Below are positions 52,026-64,000 of a DNA stretch of 64,000 nucleotides, in pieces (the first letter of the stretch is position 1; every line of letters begins with the position of its first letter). The notes under the pieces were generated by a model that made no database searches, had not been told where the DNA came from, and worked only from the letters and a program-made list of their open reading frames with translations. This DNA is from Haliotis rufescens (taxonomy: Eukaryota), in contig NW_025963779.1 in NCBI RefSeq assembly GCF_023055435.1, positions 84,382,001 to 84,446,000 of the forward strand, written 5' to 3'. Position numbers and translations under genes: made by a program.

Positions 52026-52651
52026 AACATCACCAAATACTTACAACATATAACAAAAAGCATATCCACACATGAATACTAAGTTCCGTAGTGCAGACAC
52101 CCAGATGCTCTTGCCTTTGTCATGAAGTTGCTGTAATGTGTCATACTAGTGAGTCAGGTATCTATGTCCATCCATCCTGAAGAACTTCAAACAAGGTTTG
52201 ACACCTCGTATCTGACTAGAAATATACGAGAGTACAAGCAAGGGCCAGTTTCACAAGGCATGAACTTATTTAAAACGCATTTATCAACTCTTTAAAGTAC
52301 AAAGTGAGAACTTGCTTCAGTGGATTCCTAATACCTGAGTCTCCAAAGTTTCGATCCAAATAATAAAATATGTGCGTTTTTACAGTCACATCGTGGCCTT
52401 AGTACATGATTTATAATTGTTCTTGAATAATTTGAAAATTGGCCTAATTGTTTCAGATGGTTGTAGAGCTAGTTATTTGCTAGCCATAGACCACATTAAC
52501 CTTGAAGAGGCACTCCTAAATACTTATAATATGTAACAACCTTTAAGGTAGTATTACTGTATGTCCATGTGTCATGTTTAGTTATCATGTCCCCATTCTG
52601 AATACATCGATACAGTATCATCACTATTTGACAGCGATAGATTGACACATG

Positions 52652-52838
52652 GACCGCCTCCGTGGTCTAGTGGTAGAGTGTCCGCCCGGAAAGCGGAAGG
52701 TCCGGGGTTCGATCTCGGGCCGCCTCATACCAAAAGACGTTAAAAGATGGTACAAGCAGCCACATACACACACGTGCATGCACGTCGCTATATGAGTGTA
52801 ATAATCTTGGACGCGACGTTGAACCCAATTTCACCTCA
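52652..52838 (+). mobile_element. SINE family C with internal deletion
   Basis: Head joined to tail at gtac microhomology relative to 2837-3181. Confidence 0.85.
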
Positions 52839-52962
52839 TTGACAAAAGCTTAGGCGGAATACTCGGAATTGTACAAAAGACACAGCTTTTAGTAGATATT
52901 TACTTCTGAATCATCCTTACCTATCCCAGTATGACATGATAACGGGTGTTTTCTACCACATA

Positions 52963-54250
52963 GCATACTCATTAGGGGAGAGTCAGAGGGGAAACCAGCG
53001 CAGCACATGACATACTCATTACGGAAGAGTCAGAGGGGAAACCAGCGCAGCACATGACATACTCATTTCAGGAGAGTCAGAGGGGAAACCAGCGCAGCAC
53101 ATAACATGCTCATTACGGGAGAGTCAGAGGATTAACTAGTGCAGCACATGACATACTCATGACGGGAAAGTCAGAGGATTAACTAGTGCAGCACATGACA
53201 TACTCATGACGGGAAAGTCAGAGGATTAACTAGTGCAGCACATGACATACTCATGACGGGAGAGTCAGAGGATTAACTAGTGCAGCACATGACATACTCA
53301 TGACGGGAAAGTCAGAGGATTAACTAGTGCAGCACATGACATACTCATGACGGGAGAGTCAGAGGATTAACTAGTGCAGCACATGACATACTCATGACGG
53401 GAAAGACAGAGGATTAACTAGTGCAGCACATGACATACTCATGACGGGAGAGTCAGAGGATTAACTAGTGCAGCACATGACATACTCATGACGGGAGAGT
53501 CAGAGGATTAACTAGTGCAGCACGTGACATACTCATGACGGGAGAGTCAGAGGATTACCTAGTGCAGCACATGACATACTCATGACGGGAAAGTCAGAGG
53601 ATTAACCAGTGCAGCACATGACATACTCATGACGGGAGAGTCAGAGGATTAACTAGTGCAGCACATGACATACTCATGACGGGAGAGTCAGAGGATTAAC
53701 TAGTGCAGCACATGACATACTCATGACGGGAGAGTGAAAGGGTAAACCAGCGCAGTACATGACATACTCATGACGGGAGAGTCAGAGGATTAACTAGTGT
53801 AGCACGTGACATACTCATGACGGGAGAGTCAGAGGATTAACTAGTGCAGCACGTGACATACTCATGACGGGAAAGTCAGAGGGGAAACCAGCGCAGCACA
53901 TGACATACTCATGACGGGAGAGTCAGAGGATTAACTAGTGCAGCACGTGACATACTCATGACGGGAAAGTCAGAGGGGAAACCAGCGCAGCACATGACAT
54001 ACTCATGACGGGAAAGTCAGAGGATTAACTAGTGCAGCACGTGACATACTCATGACGGGAAAGTCAGAGGGGAAACCAGCGCAGCACATGACATACTCAT
54101 GACGGGAAAGTCAGAGGGGAAACCAGCGCAGCACATGACATACTCATGACGGGAGAGTCAGAGGATTAACTAGTGCAGCACGTGACATACTCATGACGGG
54201 AAAGTCAGAGTGGAAACCAGCGCAGCACATAACATTCTCATTACGGGGAA
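52963..54250. repeat. 47-bp tandem repeat (~27 copies)
   Basis: Unit catgacatactcatgacgggagagtcagaggattaactagtgcagca. Confidence 0.95.
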
Positions 54251-55110
54251 GTAAATCGTCCATGTCTCGCCCTTTGATACGTCATGTAAAGAAAAAGGAG
54301 TATTGTAGGCATATACGTTCTAACATCCGTGGATTTGCAAAGGCCTTCACGTGACAAACATAACATTTAAAGAAAATGCCTCTTCATTTCTACCTTTGAT
54401 ACAGTTAATTCATTAACCATCCCGATTTGTTTTTATCTGGCTGTGCAAACTGTGCGCTGTAATTACTTAAAAACCATCCGGTAGACGAAACTGTTTTCAT
54501 AAAGAGGAGAATCAACACTGACTAGACTCTTGGGTAATCAGACCGCCCTTTATTATGTTTTCGTCAATGGATGCGAGCGTAACGGGGGCCGTTACACAGG
54601 AATCTGAAAAATAGCAACAAAAACCTTTCTAATGGTATGTGTTGCTGCCAAATGGGGAACTCAGTTAGTGTATCACGTGATCCTGATTTGAACAATGCCA
54701 AGAATTAAGGCAGGGAGCTGACACAGGATGCTCTCACTTTGCTGGCAAGTATTCTTCGTAACTATATCCAACGAGACAAATACAAAAATTGAGGGGGATG
54801 AAGACTATAGTTTGTTCCAGACTTGACAGACCCCAGCCTTCCGGCAAAGTGAGCGTAATTGGGGAGCTGGGGGATCGTTATCTCACTGAAGCTGTGCTCT
54901 GATTTGATTATGAATTTGAATACTGATGACTGGCAGTGATTTGTGCCATTTTGGAGTGCAAACACTCAACATGGTTAGTTGACCTTGGCCCAACTTTGGT
55001 AAAATGGTTCCACAATACTGCTTCACCACCAAGGACCCCCTGATCAGTTGGGTCGTCAGCAAGCTTGCGCACACATAACCCTGGAATTATGCCCATTGTA
55101 CATCAAACTC

Positions 55111-55375
55111 GACCCGTGAAGATTCCGCGGTAGAATAGGTCTTCAGCAACCCATGCTTGCCGTAAAGGGCGACTATACTTGTAGTAAAAAGCGACTAACG
55201 GGATCGGGTGGTCAGGCTCACTGACTTGGTTGATGCATGTCATCGATCCCAATTGCGTGGATCGATGCTCATGATATTAATCACTGGATTATCTGGTCCA
55301 GACTCCATTATTAACATACCGCCGTCATATAGCTGGAATATTGCTGAGTGCGGCGTAAGACAACCAACCAACCAA
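55111..55375 (+). mobile_element. SINE family A full copy
   Basis: Consensus match; TSD ca(t/c)caaactc. Confidence 0.9.
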
Positions 55376-55867
55376 CACCAAACTCTGTCCACCACGAGAA
55401 TTAGGAATATATCTAACGTTGATCTGTGTAACTTCCATTTTGCAATTAGACTTAAAGGGGAGGACATTAAAAACTTAAGATTGGTTTACCGTCTTCACTT
55501 TATGTGTTTATTTAGTACAACACATAGTTTACTAACATATGATCATTTCCTGATAAAATAGTTGAAAGGTGACTCTCAGGTGAAACAGACTTTAGCTTCA
55601 AATTCACCGTATCGTTTTTTAAATCCCCCTCTTGTCTGCCGGCAAAGTGGGAACAATCCGATGACACATGTAGAAACGTGCCCATTTATGGGTGCAGTCC
55701 CTCCCCATCAGGGAAGAGCGATACACTTCATTTAAATGAAGAATTTGCATAAGGTGTGTTTACCAGTGGGTTGGCAGTATATTAAATCGATTGGTCGATT
55801 TTTCGTTCACTCGAAATTCAGCAACTCTTCCCCTTTCCTTCTCTCCAGTAATACACGCTCAGCAACC

Positions 55868-55940
55868 ATGGTGTCAGCGGTTCTTGGCTTGCTGTTCGGA
55901 TTCCTGACAATGTCCAGTGCACAAGTTCAAGAAGAACAGT
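55868..55940 (+). CDS. Secreted CBM14 gene 3, exon 1 start (signal peptide MVSAVLGLLFGFLTMSSAQVQEEQ), truncated by N-gap
   Basis: Kozak-like accATGg, hydrophobic signal peptide, TATA-like tatattaaa at ~55778; link to downstream exons inferred. Confidence 0.65.
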
Positions 55941-56071
55941 NNNNNNNNNNNNNNNNNNNNNNNNNNNNNNNNNNNNNNNNNNNNNNNNNNNNNNNNNNNN
56001 NNNNNNNNNNNNNNNNNNNNNNNNNNNNNNNNNNNNNNNNNNNNNNNNNNNNNNNNNNNNNNNNNNNNNNN
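55941..56071. other. Assembly gap (N run)
   Basis: Ns. Confidence 1.
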
Positions 56072-57172
56072 CCTTGTGATGGAAGATTTGTCGTAGGTGG
56101 ACCTATCACGGCAACATTCACTCAGATCGCTGGTTATACACAATGGGGTGCCTGTGAGTCAGTGTGCTTCTGTTACGACACAGTTTGTAAGAAGATACGT
56201 GGACAATAAAGGCAGTTGCAGCTCTAACACCACGAGGTGAAACAAGGCCCACAATGCTACCGCAGCGAGAGATAAGCGAGGACACAGTCGCTTAGGTGTA
56301 TACCCCTTGTGTCGAACCCGTTTGTGTCGAACCCGCTTGTGTCGTGCACCGTGAGGATTCTGGGTAAGAATAGGTCCATATCAACCTAGGGTGGTCAGAC
56401 TCTGTGCATGGGTTGATAGTGAGTTGACGGCGCGGATCGTTGTTTGATCAAAGGTTTAACATCCAAGGACTCAGCAAAGCCTTCAAAAGGTTCTCGTAGG
56501 ACATTATCAAATTTAACGCATCCGTGACAAATATGATGTCACATACATTCCCTCTTTTGACTTGTACCACATGTTCCCGTTTTCCAGGTGAACAATTGGC
56601 TTGCCTTTGCATGTGTTTGTGACGGGTGCCACCCTCACCTTTTCACGAACACCTGGCATCATGACTATTTGGTAGTGATTCATAATCACTTGCTCATGAT
56701 ATAGTCGGAATCGTACAATCGACTCTGGTAGATTTGTTATGAATATGGAAAGGGATTTGTTGCTTTTATCATCATAATATCAATCACTGGTTTGCCTGGC
56801 CTAGATTCGATTAATTACAGGCCCGACATAGTGTTAGAATAGTGCTGAGTTTGGCATATGCGTCCTGACTGTAATTGGTACGTGTCGCAATGAAGGAAAC
56901 GCTTTCATTGTACATGGGTTGGCATTGTCGGACTAAATATACGGGGATGTCTTTATAGTCTCGATAGTCCCACATGTTGACATCTCCTTCATGTAGCCTA
57001 CCATGATCTCGCCATTGACGTATGAAATAATACCGAAAATGGAGGTTGTCATTATTGACAGTGCAAGACCCATTTCGATGTCTGTACATTTATACCGACC
57101 TGATTGTGGCGACACCGACGTTTCCGACTCTATGTGTGTACTAGATAATATAACTGTTTCACTGTCTTTCAG

Positions 57173-57376
57173 ACGCGGTCCTATGTCAGAATAACTTCAA
57201 CGATGACTGGAAGTACGTGGCCCCTGGCTCGGGATGCAAGAGGTTCATCAATTGTTATGGTCAGGATTACCACGGAATGCTCCAGTGTCCCGAGACGACT
57301 CTCTTTAATGAAAACTCCCAGGAGTGTCAATACCCAGAAGATTTCAACTGTCAGGTAGCCCTCAACGAAAACCCAG
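57173..57376 (+). CDS. CBM14 gene 3 internal exon (AVLCQNNFNDDWKYVAPGSGCKRFINCYGQDYHGMLQCPETTLFNENSQECQYPEDFNCQVALNENP)
   Basis: tctttcag acceptor, G|gtaacg donor, phase 1-1, six-Cys CBM14 with CP..TLFN...C.YP....C. Confidence 0.88.
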
Positions 57377-58958
57377 GTAACGAAACATAAATGATGCATA
57401 TGATATTAATTATTTCGTAGCAATAGTGAAATAGCGTTGTCATCTCAGACGAGAACATTAATATAATCTGATAGATTGTTTTATGTATTCAACTAAGCAT
57501 TGCCTAGCAACTGGTTATCATTTACAGTTCAGATTGGCAATATACACCCGTTTTGTGAACAGAAGGAATTCTTTTGATGTCACTTTCTCTATTCCCGGAA
57601 TGCACAAGATGCTTCACGGGACCGTGACTGTCTTTTCAAATGGCTTGCTACGTTGGCAGGTTGAATAATCTTTTAAGTCATATAGTCTATATCAGTTATT
57701 TCAGTAACTAGTATTTATAAACTTAGTAGAACCCAGTTTCCGCTAATAACCGTTGAATGCTTAAAGATGATCAACAGCGGGCACGGGCTATGTTCAGCGC
57801 TTTACTCTTCATCTTCCCGAGGCAAGGGAGTCAACTAACTTTGAAAGTCCAATTTCAACTCTTGCCGAACAAGGCTTGAATTATGGAGTTATATCTTGGC
57901 TGGCCAAACGAGTCTATACATAGTATAATCAATATCGTGTAAGGAATTTGACATCCGGTTCGTTAACAGCCGGACAGATTTCGGTCGATTGCAGGATTTG
58001 TAAAGCACGTGTGCCGTCAACTTGGCGTCAACAGATATTTTGCAAATCCTTCCATGTTCCTAATCAAGGTGTTTATGTGATCTTATGCACTTCGGGAAGC
58101 AAGATCCGTTTTTGCAATATAGATCTTTATTATTGATCGGATTGTCTTGACTTGGCGCAGCAACTTTGTTTGAAGCAAGTTGCAAATGATATGAGAAGTG
58201 GAATCTGATTGGTCAAAAGGAGGAACATAGAAGGGAAATAACTCATAATAGCCACTGGTGGCGCAACGATTGAGCCCAGAAATTCCAGCATAGTTTGGCA
58301 ATGGTGGAAACTGGGCTTTTACAGTCAACTGACTCTTGCCTCGGGAAGATGGTCACTGGTTGGCCATGAATCCGAAACCCGACTGGAAATACTGTGGCTT
58401 TTCCACGGTCCATAACAATACACTAAAGGAGGAACCCTCACTCCAACCCTCACTCAACCTAAAGGATAAATGTCAACAGGAAGGGACGATCGTGAATCGA
58501 GAATGGAATCGATATGTTGCTATTTTCTTTTTTAAATTATCCATTAAGAAATACTTATAAAGCATATAGTATATATTGTTAAGATGCCAGTCTAGTGGTG
58601 ATGTTGACAGGATTTCCTTCAGGCGGTTTGTTACTAGGTGACTTGAGCAAAATTTCACAAATACGAAATAAACTTAAGATTTTCGAATGTTATGCCTCCT
58701 GTTAAGCCTGATAACAAATGTCAGTCGCCTTTAACTTATCAATAATGATATCAAAATATGACATTTTATAATATTTGTTCTTTCTCTACTTAATGAAATC
58801 ACATAAGGAAGATTGATACATTTCTATTAATCTCGACTACTGTGAGAAAACGTCAGATTGATATTGCTTTAGGGACATAGGCGTGTGATTCGAAGATGGT
58901 TACGGTTTTAAGGTGATTTCTGTTGAACGCTGTATTGTACGTATGTGTTTGCTTCCAG

Positions 58959-59140
58959 ACTGTGTGACCGGCGTGGTTCCCTACAATTGCTCAGCTTTCA
59001 CGTACTGCTATCTTAACACCCAGTACAACTTCAGCTGCAACCAAGACCTCTACTACTCTCAGAGCTTACTCACCTGTGTGTACGCTGAAGATCTGACAGA
59101 GGATGACAGATTCAGATGCAACTTCCGCAACGGACGATAG
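58959..59140 (+). CDS. CBM14 gene 3 terminal exon (DCVTGVVPYNCSAFTYCYLNTQYNFSCNQDLYYSQSLLTCVYAEDLTEDDRFRCNFRNGR*)
   Basis: ttccag acceptor phase 1, six Cys, TAG at 59138-59140, AATAAA at 59175. Confidence 0.88.
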
Positions 59141-59479
59141 GATTCAGCACAAGCAATGTATTCTCTGAACTTCAAATAAAGCCAGTCAGACAATTATAAC
59201 TTTGCGATGCATATATTTTCAAACGACGAGCGAGACAATAGTTCATCTGCTGTCAAGTGAGTGGGGGTCGGCATGGCGTGTTAATGCTGCATCTGCCTGC
59301 TGCATCACGGCGGCCTAAATAACGACTTAAGTTCTGAGAAGGTCGTTAAGTGTGGTGGTCCCAGCCCACCTCGGAGGAATGACACACCTAATAAGTGAGA
59401 CCTCTGGCGGGGAACGACTTCAAAATTCAAAAACACTTCCTTTTTATGCACATTGTGTGAGTGCTAGCAGCTACGGGCG

Positions 59480-59528
59480 AGGCAGGGCAGGGCAGGGCAG
59501 GGCAGGGCAGGGCAGGGCAGGGCAGGGC
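59480..59528. repeat. (GGCAG)n microsatellite
   Basis: Direct reading. Confidence 0.95.
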
Positions 59529-61051
59529 ATGCTTAACCTTTTGCGAACAACTGGTGTCATCTCTGATTTTCAGTGGTTCATTCAAATAATGCTCACCACT
59601 ATTTTTCCTTTTCCTTTTCATCCAGACTGGTTATTCTCTGGCGTTGAGTATTCCCGTCCTCGTGCTATGCCCTCTCAATCCTATCTCCATAGAATAGCCT
59701 TTGTCGGGCCTACGGTACCGTTACTATCTATATTCTTCCCTCCTCGTTATGAATGCTATTGATGAAGATTGTCGGGTTTAAGACCATGTACGTTCCTCGT
59801 TATGAATGCTGTTGATGAAGGTTGTCGGGTATAAGACCATATACGTTCCTCGTTATGAATGCTGTTGATAAGGATTAACTAATACCCCATCCTACCCCTA
59901 TATAATGTGATCTTGTAATCCTATTTTATTTGTCACCCCAAAACTATTTAGTGTGCCACCTTACCCCTAACTAATACATCAGCCTACTTCTATTTAATGC
60001 AACCCCGTAATCCTGTGATGCCAATTTGGCAATCCATGTCATTATCTTTCTTAACAGGCGAATCCGATAATAGCTCTTCACAGCCAATATCTTGTTAACT
60101 CCACACTAAAACATATCCACACTGAAATACTAAGTTCCGTACTGCAGACACCCAGATCCTCTTGCCCGTGTCATGAAGTTGCTGTAATATGTCATACTAG
60201 TGAGTCAGGTAACTATGTTCATCCATCCTGTTTGACACCTCGTATCTGACTAGAAATATACTAGAGTATAAGGGCAAGTTTCACATAGCATGGCCTTATT
60301 TGAAGCGCATTTATCAACTCCTAAATGTCGCATGAAGTACAAAGTGAGAACTTGCTTCAGTGGATTCCTAATACCTGAGTCCCCAAAGTTTCGATCCAAA
60401 TAATAAAATATGTGCGTTTTTACAGTCACATCGTGGCCGTAGTACATGATTTATAATTGTTCTTGAATAATTTGTAAATTGGCCTAATTGTTTCAGATGG
60501 TTGTAGAGCTAGTTATTTGCTAGCCATAGACCACATTAACCTTGAAGAGGCACTCCTAAATACTTATAATATGTAACAACCTTTAAGGTAGTATTACTGT
60601 ATGTCCTTGTTTCATGTTTAGTTATCATGTCCCCATTCTGAATACATCGATACAGTATCATCACTATTTGACAGCGATTCATTGACACATGGACCGCCTC
60701 CGTGGTCTAGTGGTAGAGCGTCCGCCCGGAAAGCGGAAGGTCCGGGGTTCGATCTCGGGCCGCCTCATACCAAAAGACGTTAAAAGATGGTACAAGCAGC
60801 CACATACACACACGTGCATGCACGTCGCTATATGAGTGCAATAATCTTGGACGCGACGTTAAACCCAATTTCACTTCATTGACAAAAGCTTAGGCGGAAT
60901 ACTCGGAATCGTACAATAGACACAGCTTTTAGTAGATATTTGTTATGATGATGGCAAAATCTTTTAACCGCTTTTATTTGATCCGGATTTACTTCTGAAT
61001 CATCCTTACCTATCCCAGTTTGACATGATAACGGGTGTTTTCTACCACATA

Positions 61052-61400
61052 GCATGCTCATTAGGGGAGAGTCAGAGGGGAAACCAGCGCAGCACATAAC
61101 ATGCTCATTACGGGAGAGTGAAAGGGGAAACCAGCGCAGCACATGACATACTCATTACGGGAGAGTGAAAGGGGAAACCAGCGCAGCACATGACATACTC
61201 ATTACGGGAGAGTCAGAGGGGAAACCAGCGCAGCACATGACATACTCATTACAGGAGAGTCAGAGGGGAAACCAGCGCAGCACATGACATACTCATTACA
61301 GGAGAGTCAGAGGGGAAACCAGCGCAGCACATGACATACTCATTACAGGAAAGTCAGAGGGGAAACCAGCACAGCACATGACATACTCATGACGGGAAAG
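61052..61400. repeat. 47-bp tandem repeat (~7 copies), paralogue of 52963-54250
   Basis: Same unit, ggggaaaccagcgc variant only. Confidence 0.9.
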
Positions 61401-63170
61401 TAAATCGTCTATGTCTCGCCCTTTCGTACGTCATGTAAAGAAAAAGGAGGATTGTAGGCATATACGTTCTAACATCCGTGGATTTGCAAAGGCCTTCACG
61501 AGACAAACATAACATTTAAAGAAAATGCCTCTTCATTTCTACCTTTGATACAGTAAATTACAATAACCATCCCGATTTGTTTTTATCTGGCTGTGCAAAC
61601 TGTGCGCTGTAATTACTTTAAAACCATCCGGTAGACTAAACCGTCTTCATAAAGAGGAGAATCAACACTGACTAGACACTTGGGTAATCAGACCGCCCTT
61701 TATTATGTTTTCGTCAATGGATGCGAGCGTAACGGGGGCCGTTACACAGGAATCTGAAAAATAGCAACAAAAACCTTTCTAATGGTATGTGTTGCCGCCA
61801 AATGGGGAACTCAGTTAGTGTATTACGTGAGCCTGATTTGAACAATGCCAAGAATTAAGGCAGGGAGCTGACACAGGATGCTCTCACTTTGCTGGCAAGT
61901 ATTCTTCGTAACTATATCCAACGAGACAAATACAAAAATTGAGGGGGATTGAGACTATAGTTTGTTCCAGACTTGACAGACCCCAGCCTTCCGGCAAAGT
62001 GAGCGTAATTGTCAAGACATACATCACATAGACATATATAAGGTCTATAAATGAAACTAAAAACATGATGAGCAAACAAAAACATCGTAATGAATAGCAC
62101 AATTATATTCATTTCACAAATTGAAATATACATTTTTCAAAATGAAATGTGCACAATACGTCCAGTTTCCAGACGACATAACAACCAAACAAAGTGGGAG
62201 ACGGAATCAACCTATTTAAGCGTTGATATGGTGCCATCTTCATTTTTGGCTTGCTAGTCGCTCGTCCAGTTGACGGTATTATCTCAGAGATCTCAACCCG
62301 GTCAGCTGAAGGATCGTTATCTCAGTGAAGCTCTGCTCTGATTTGATGAAGTTTATGAATTTGAATACTGATGACTGGCAGTTATTTGTGCCATTTTGGA
62401 GTGCAAACACTCAACATGGTTAGTTGACCTTGACCCAACTTTGGTAAAATGGTTCCACAATACTGCTTCACCACCAAGGACCCCCTGATCAGTTGGGTCG
62501 TCAGCAAGCTTGCGCACACATAACCCTGGAATTATGCCCATTGTACATCAAACACGACCCGTGAAGATTCCGCGGTAGAATAGGTCTTCAGCAACCCATG
62601 CTTGCCGTACAAGGTGACTATGCTTGTCGTAAAAGCCGACTAACGGGATCGGGTGGTCAGGCTCGCTGACTTGGTTGATGCATGTCATCGATCCCAATTG
62701 CGTGGATCGATGCTTATGATATTTATCACTGGATTGTCTGGTCCAGACTCCATTATTTACAGACCGCCGTCATATAGCTGGAATATTGCTGAGTGCGGCG
62801 TAAAACAACCAACCAACCAACTAACACCAAACTCTGTCCACCACGAGAATTAGGAAATTCAATATATCTAACGTTGATCTGTGTAACTGCCATTTTGCAA
62901 TTAGACTTAAAGGGTAGGACATTAATTACTTAAGATTGGTTTACCGTCTTCACTTTATGTGTTTATTTAGTAAAACACATAGTTTACTGACATATGATCA
63001 TTTCCTGATAAAATAGTTGAAAGGTGAATCTCAGGTGAAACAGACTATAGCTTTTAATTCACCGTAATGTTTTTTAAATCTCCCTCTTGTCTTCCTCTTG
63101 ATTTTTCGTTCACTTGAAATTCAGCAACTCTTCTCTTTCCCTTCTCTCCAGTAAAACACGCTCAGCAACC

Positions 63171-63209
63171 ATGGTGTCAGCGGTTCTTGGCTTGCTGTCA
63201 GGAGTTATG
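63171..63209 (+). pseudogene. Truncated duplicate of CBM14 gene 3 exon 1
   Basis: First 9 codons identical to 55868, then the signal peptide is lost; ~160 bp of upstream promoter including the TATA-like element is also absent. Confidence 0.65.
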
Positions 63210-63257
63210 GTAAAGTGGGTTGTACTTCGCTTCCAAAAGATTATTGCACTCATTGCA

Positions 63258-63358
63258 TGTGTGTGCGTGCGTGCGTGCGTGCGTGCGTGTGAGCGTGTGT
63301 GCGTGCGTGCGAGCGTGCGTGCGTGCGTGCGTGCGAGCGTGTGTGTGTGTGTGTGTGT
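63258..63358. repeat. (GTGC)n/(GT)n microsatellite
   Basis: Direct reading. Confidence 0.95.
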
Positions 63359-64000
63359 TGTGTGCGTGGACTGACTCCGAGCCGACCAATCCTTGTTTTA
63401 TACCTTTACTGCCGAGCGTTAGACAGGGTCACACTAAGTACCATTTTTGTGTATGCCCGACTGTCCACCGACCATCCGCTCTAAGGCAAAAACCTCTGTC
63501 CACTCAACATTTTGGCATAAGCGGTTGTTGTGTTGGAAGGGAAGATTTGTCGAAGGTGGACCTATCACGGCAACATTCACTACTCAGAGCGCTGGGTATA
63601 CACAGTGGGGTACTTGTGAGTCAGTGTGCTTCTGTTCAGCACGAAGAGCACTATCATCTGTTTCGACACAGTTTGTAAGAAAATACGTGAGTATATTTGG
63701 ACAATAAGGGCAGTCGCAGCGCTAACACCACGAGGTGAAACAAGGCCCACAATGCATCCGCAGCTAGAGATAAGCGAGGGCACATTCGCTTAGGTGTATA
63801 CTTCTTGTGTCGAACCCGCTTGTGTCGTGCACCATGGGAATTCCGGGTAAGAATTAGATCCATATCAACCTATGCTTTTCGGACAAGGCGACTAAATGAG
63901 TAGGGCGGTCGGACTCTGTGCATGGGTTGATAGTGAGTTGACGGCGCGGATCGTTGTTCGATCAAGGGTTTAACATCCAAGGCCTCAGTAGGACATTATC

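Larger units (their letters stand above)
52060..56510 (+). repeat. Segmental duplication unit 1 (pairs with 60110-64000)
   Basis: Collinear high-identity unique sequence with shared SINEs and minisatellite. Confidence 0.9.
60110..64000 (+). repeat. Segmental duplication unit 2, continues past window end
   Basis: Collinear with 52060-56510, including SINE C (60692-60878) and SINE A (62556-62822). Confidence 0.9.

Noticed and set aside
14022-54250. Tandem arrays as possible CRISPR arrays
   Set aside because: No unique spacers, no cas genes and a eukaryotic context.

Overview
This is eukaryotic (animal) genomic DNA with spliced genes, SINEs, MITEs and many minisatellites. It contains no prokaryotic features and no CRISPR array. 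The repeat landscape suggests a mollusc, possibly a gastropod such as abalone (inference only). Genes reconstructed by manual splicing: (1) the last four coding exons of PDCD7 (U11-59K, minor spliceosome) on +, with a GC-AG intron and tandem repeats overlapping splice signals; (2) a convergent 106-aa uncharacterised two-coding-exon gene on -; (3) a tandem cluster of secreted chitin-binding type-2 (CBM14/peritrophin-A) genes. The cluster comprises two ~93%-identical 241-aa three-domain paralogues (30199-37382 and 40080-43030), a divergent gene with at least two domains (55868-59140, exon 1 broken by an N-gap), and an apparently pseudogenised duplicate of that gene inside a ~4 kb segmental duplication running off the window end. 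Non-coding highlights are a headless SINE-like family with a uniform, structured 5' end, a palindrome carrying hammerhead-like cores, and a 6 kb 36-bp minisatellite with higher-order structure. The long ORFs in the ORF track are almost all repeat artefacts.
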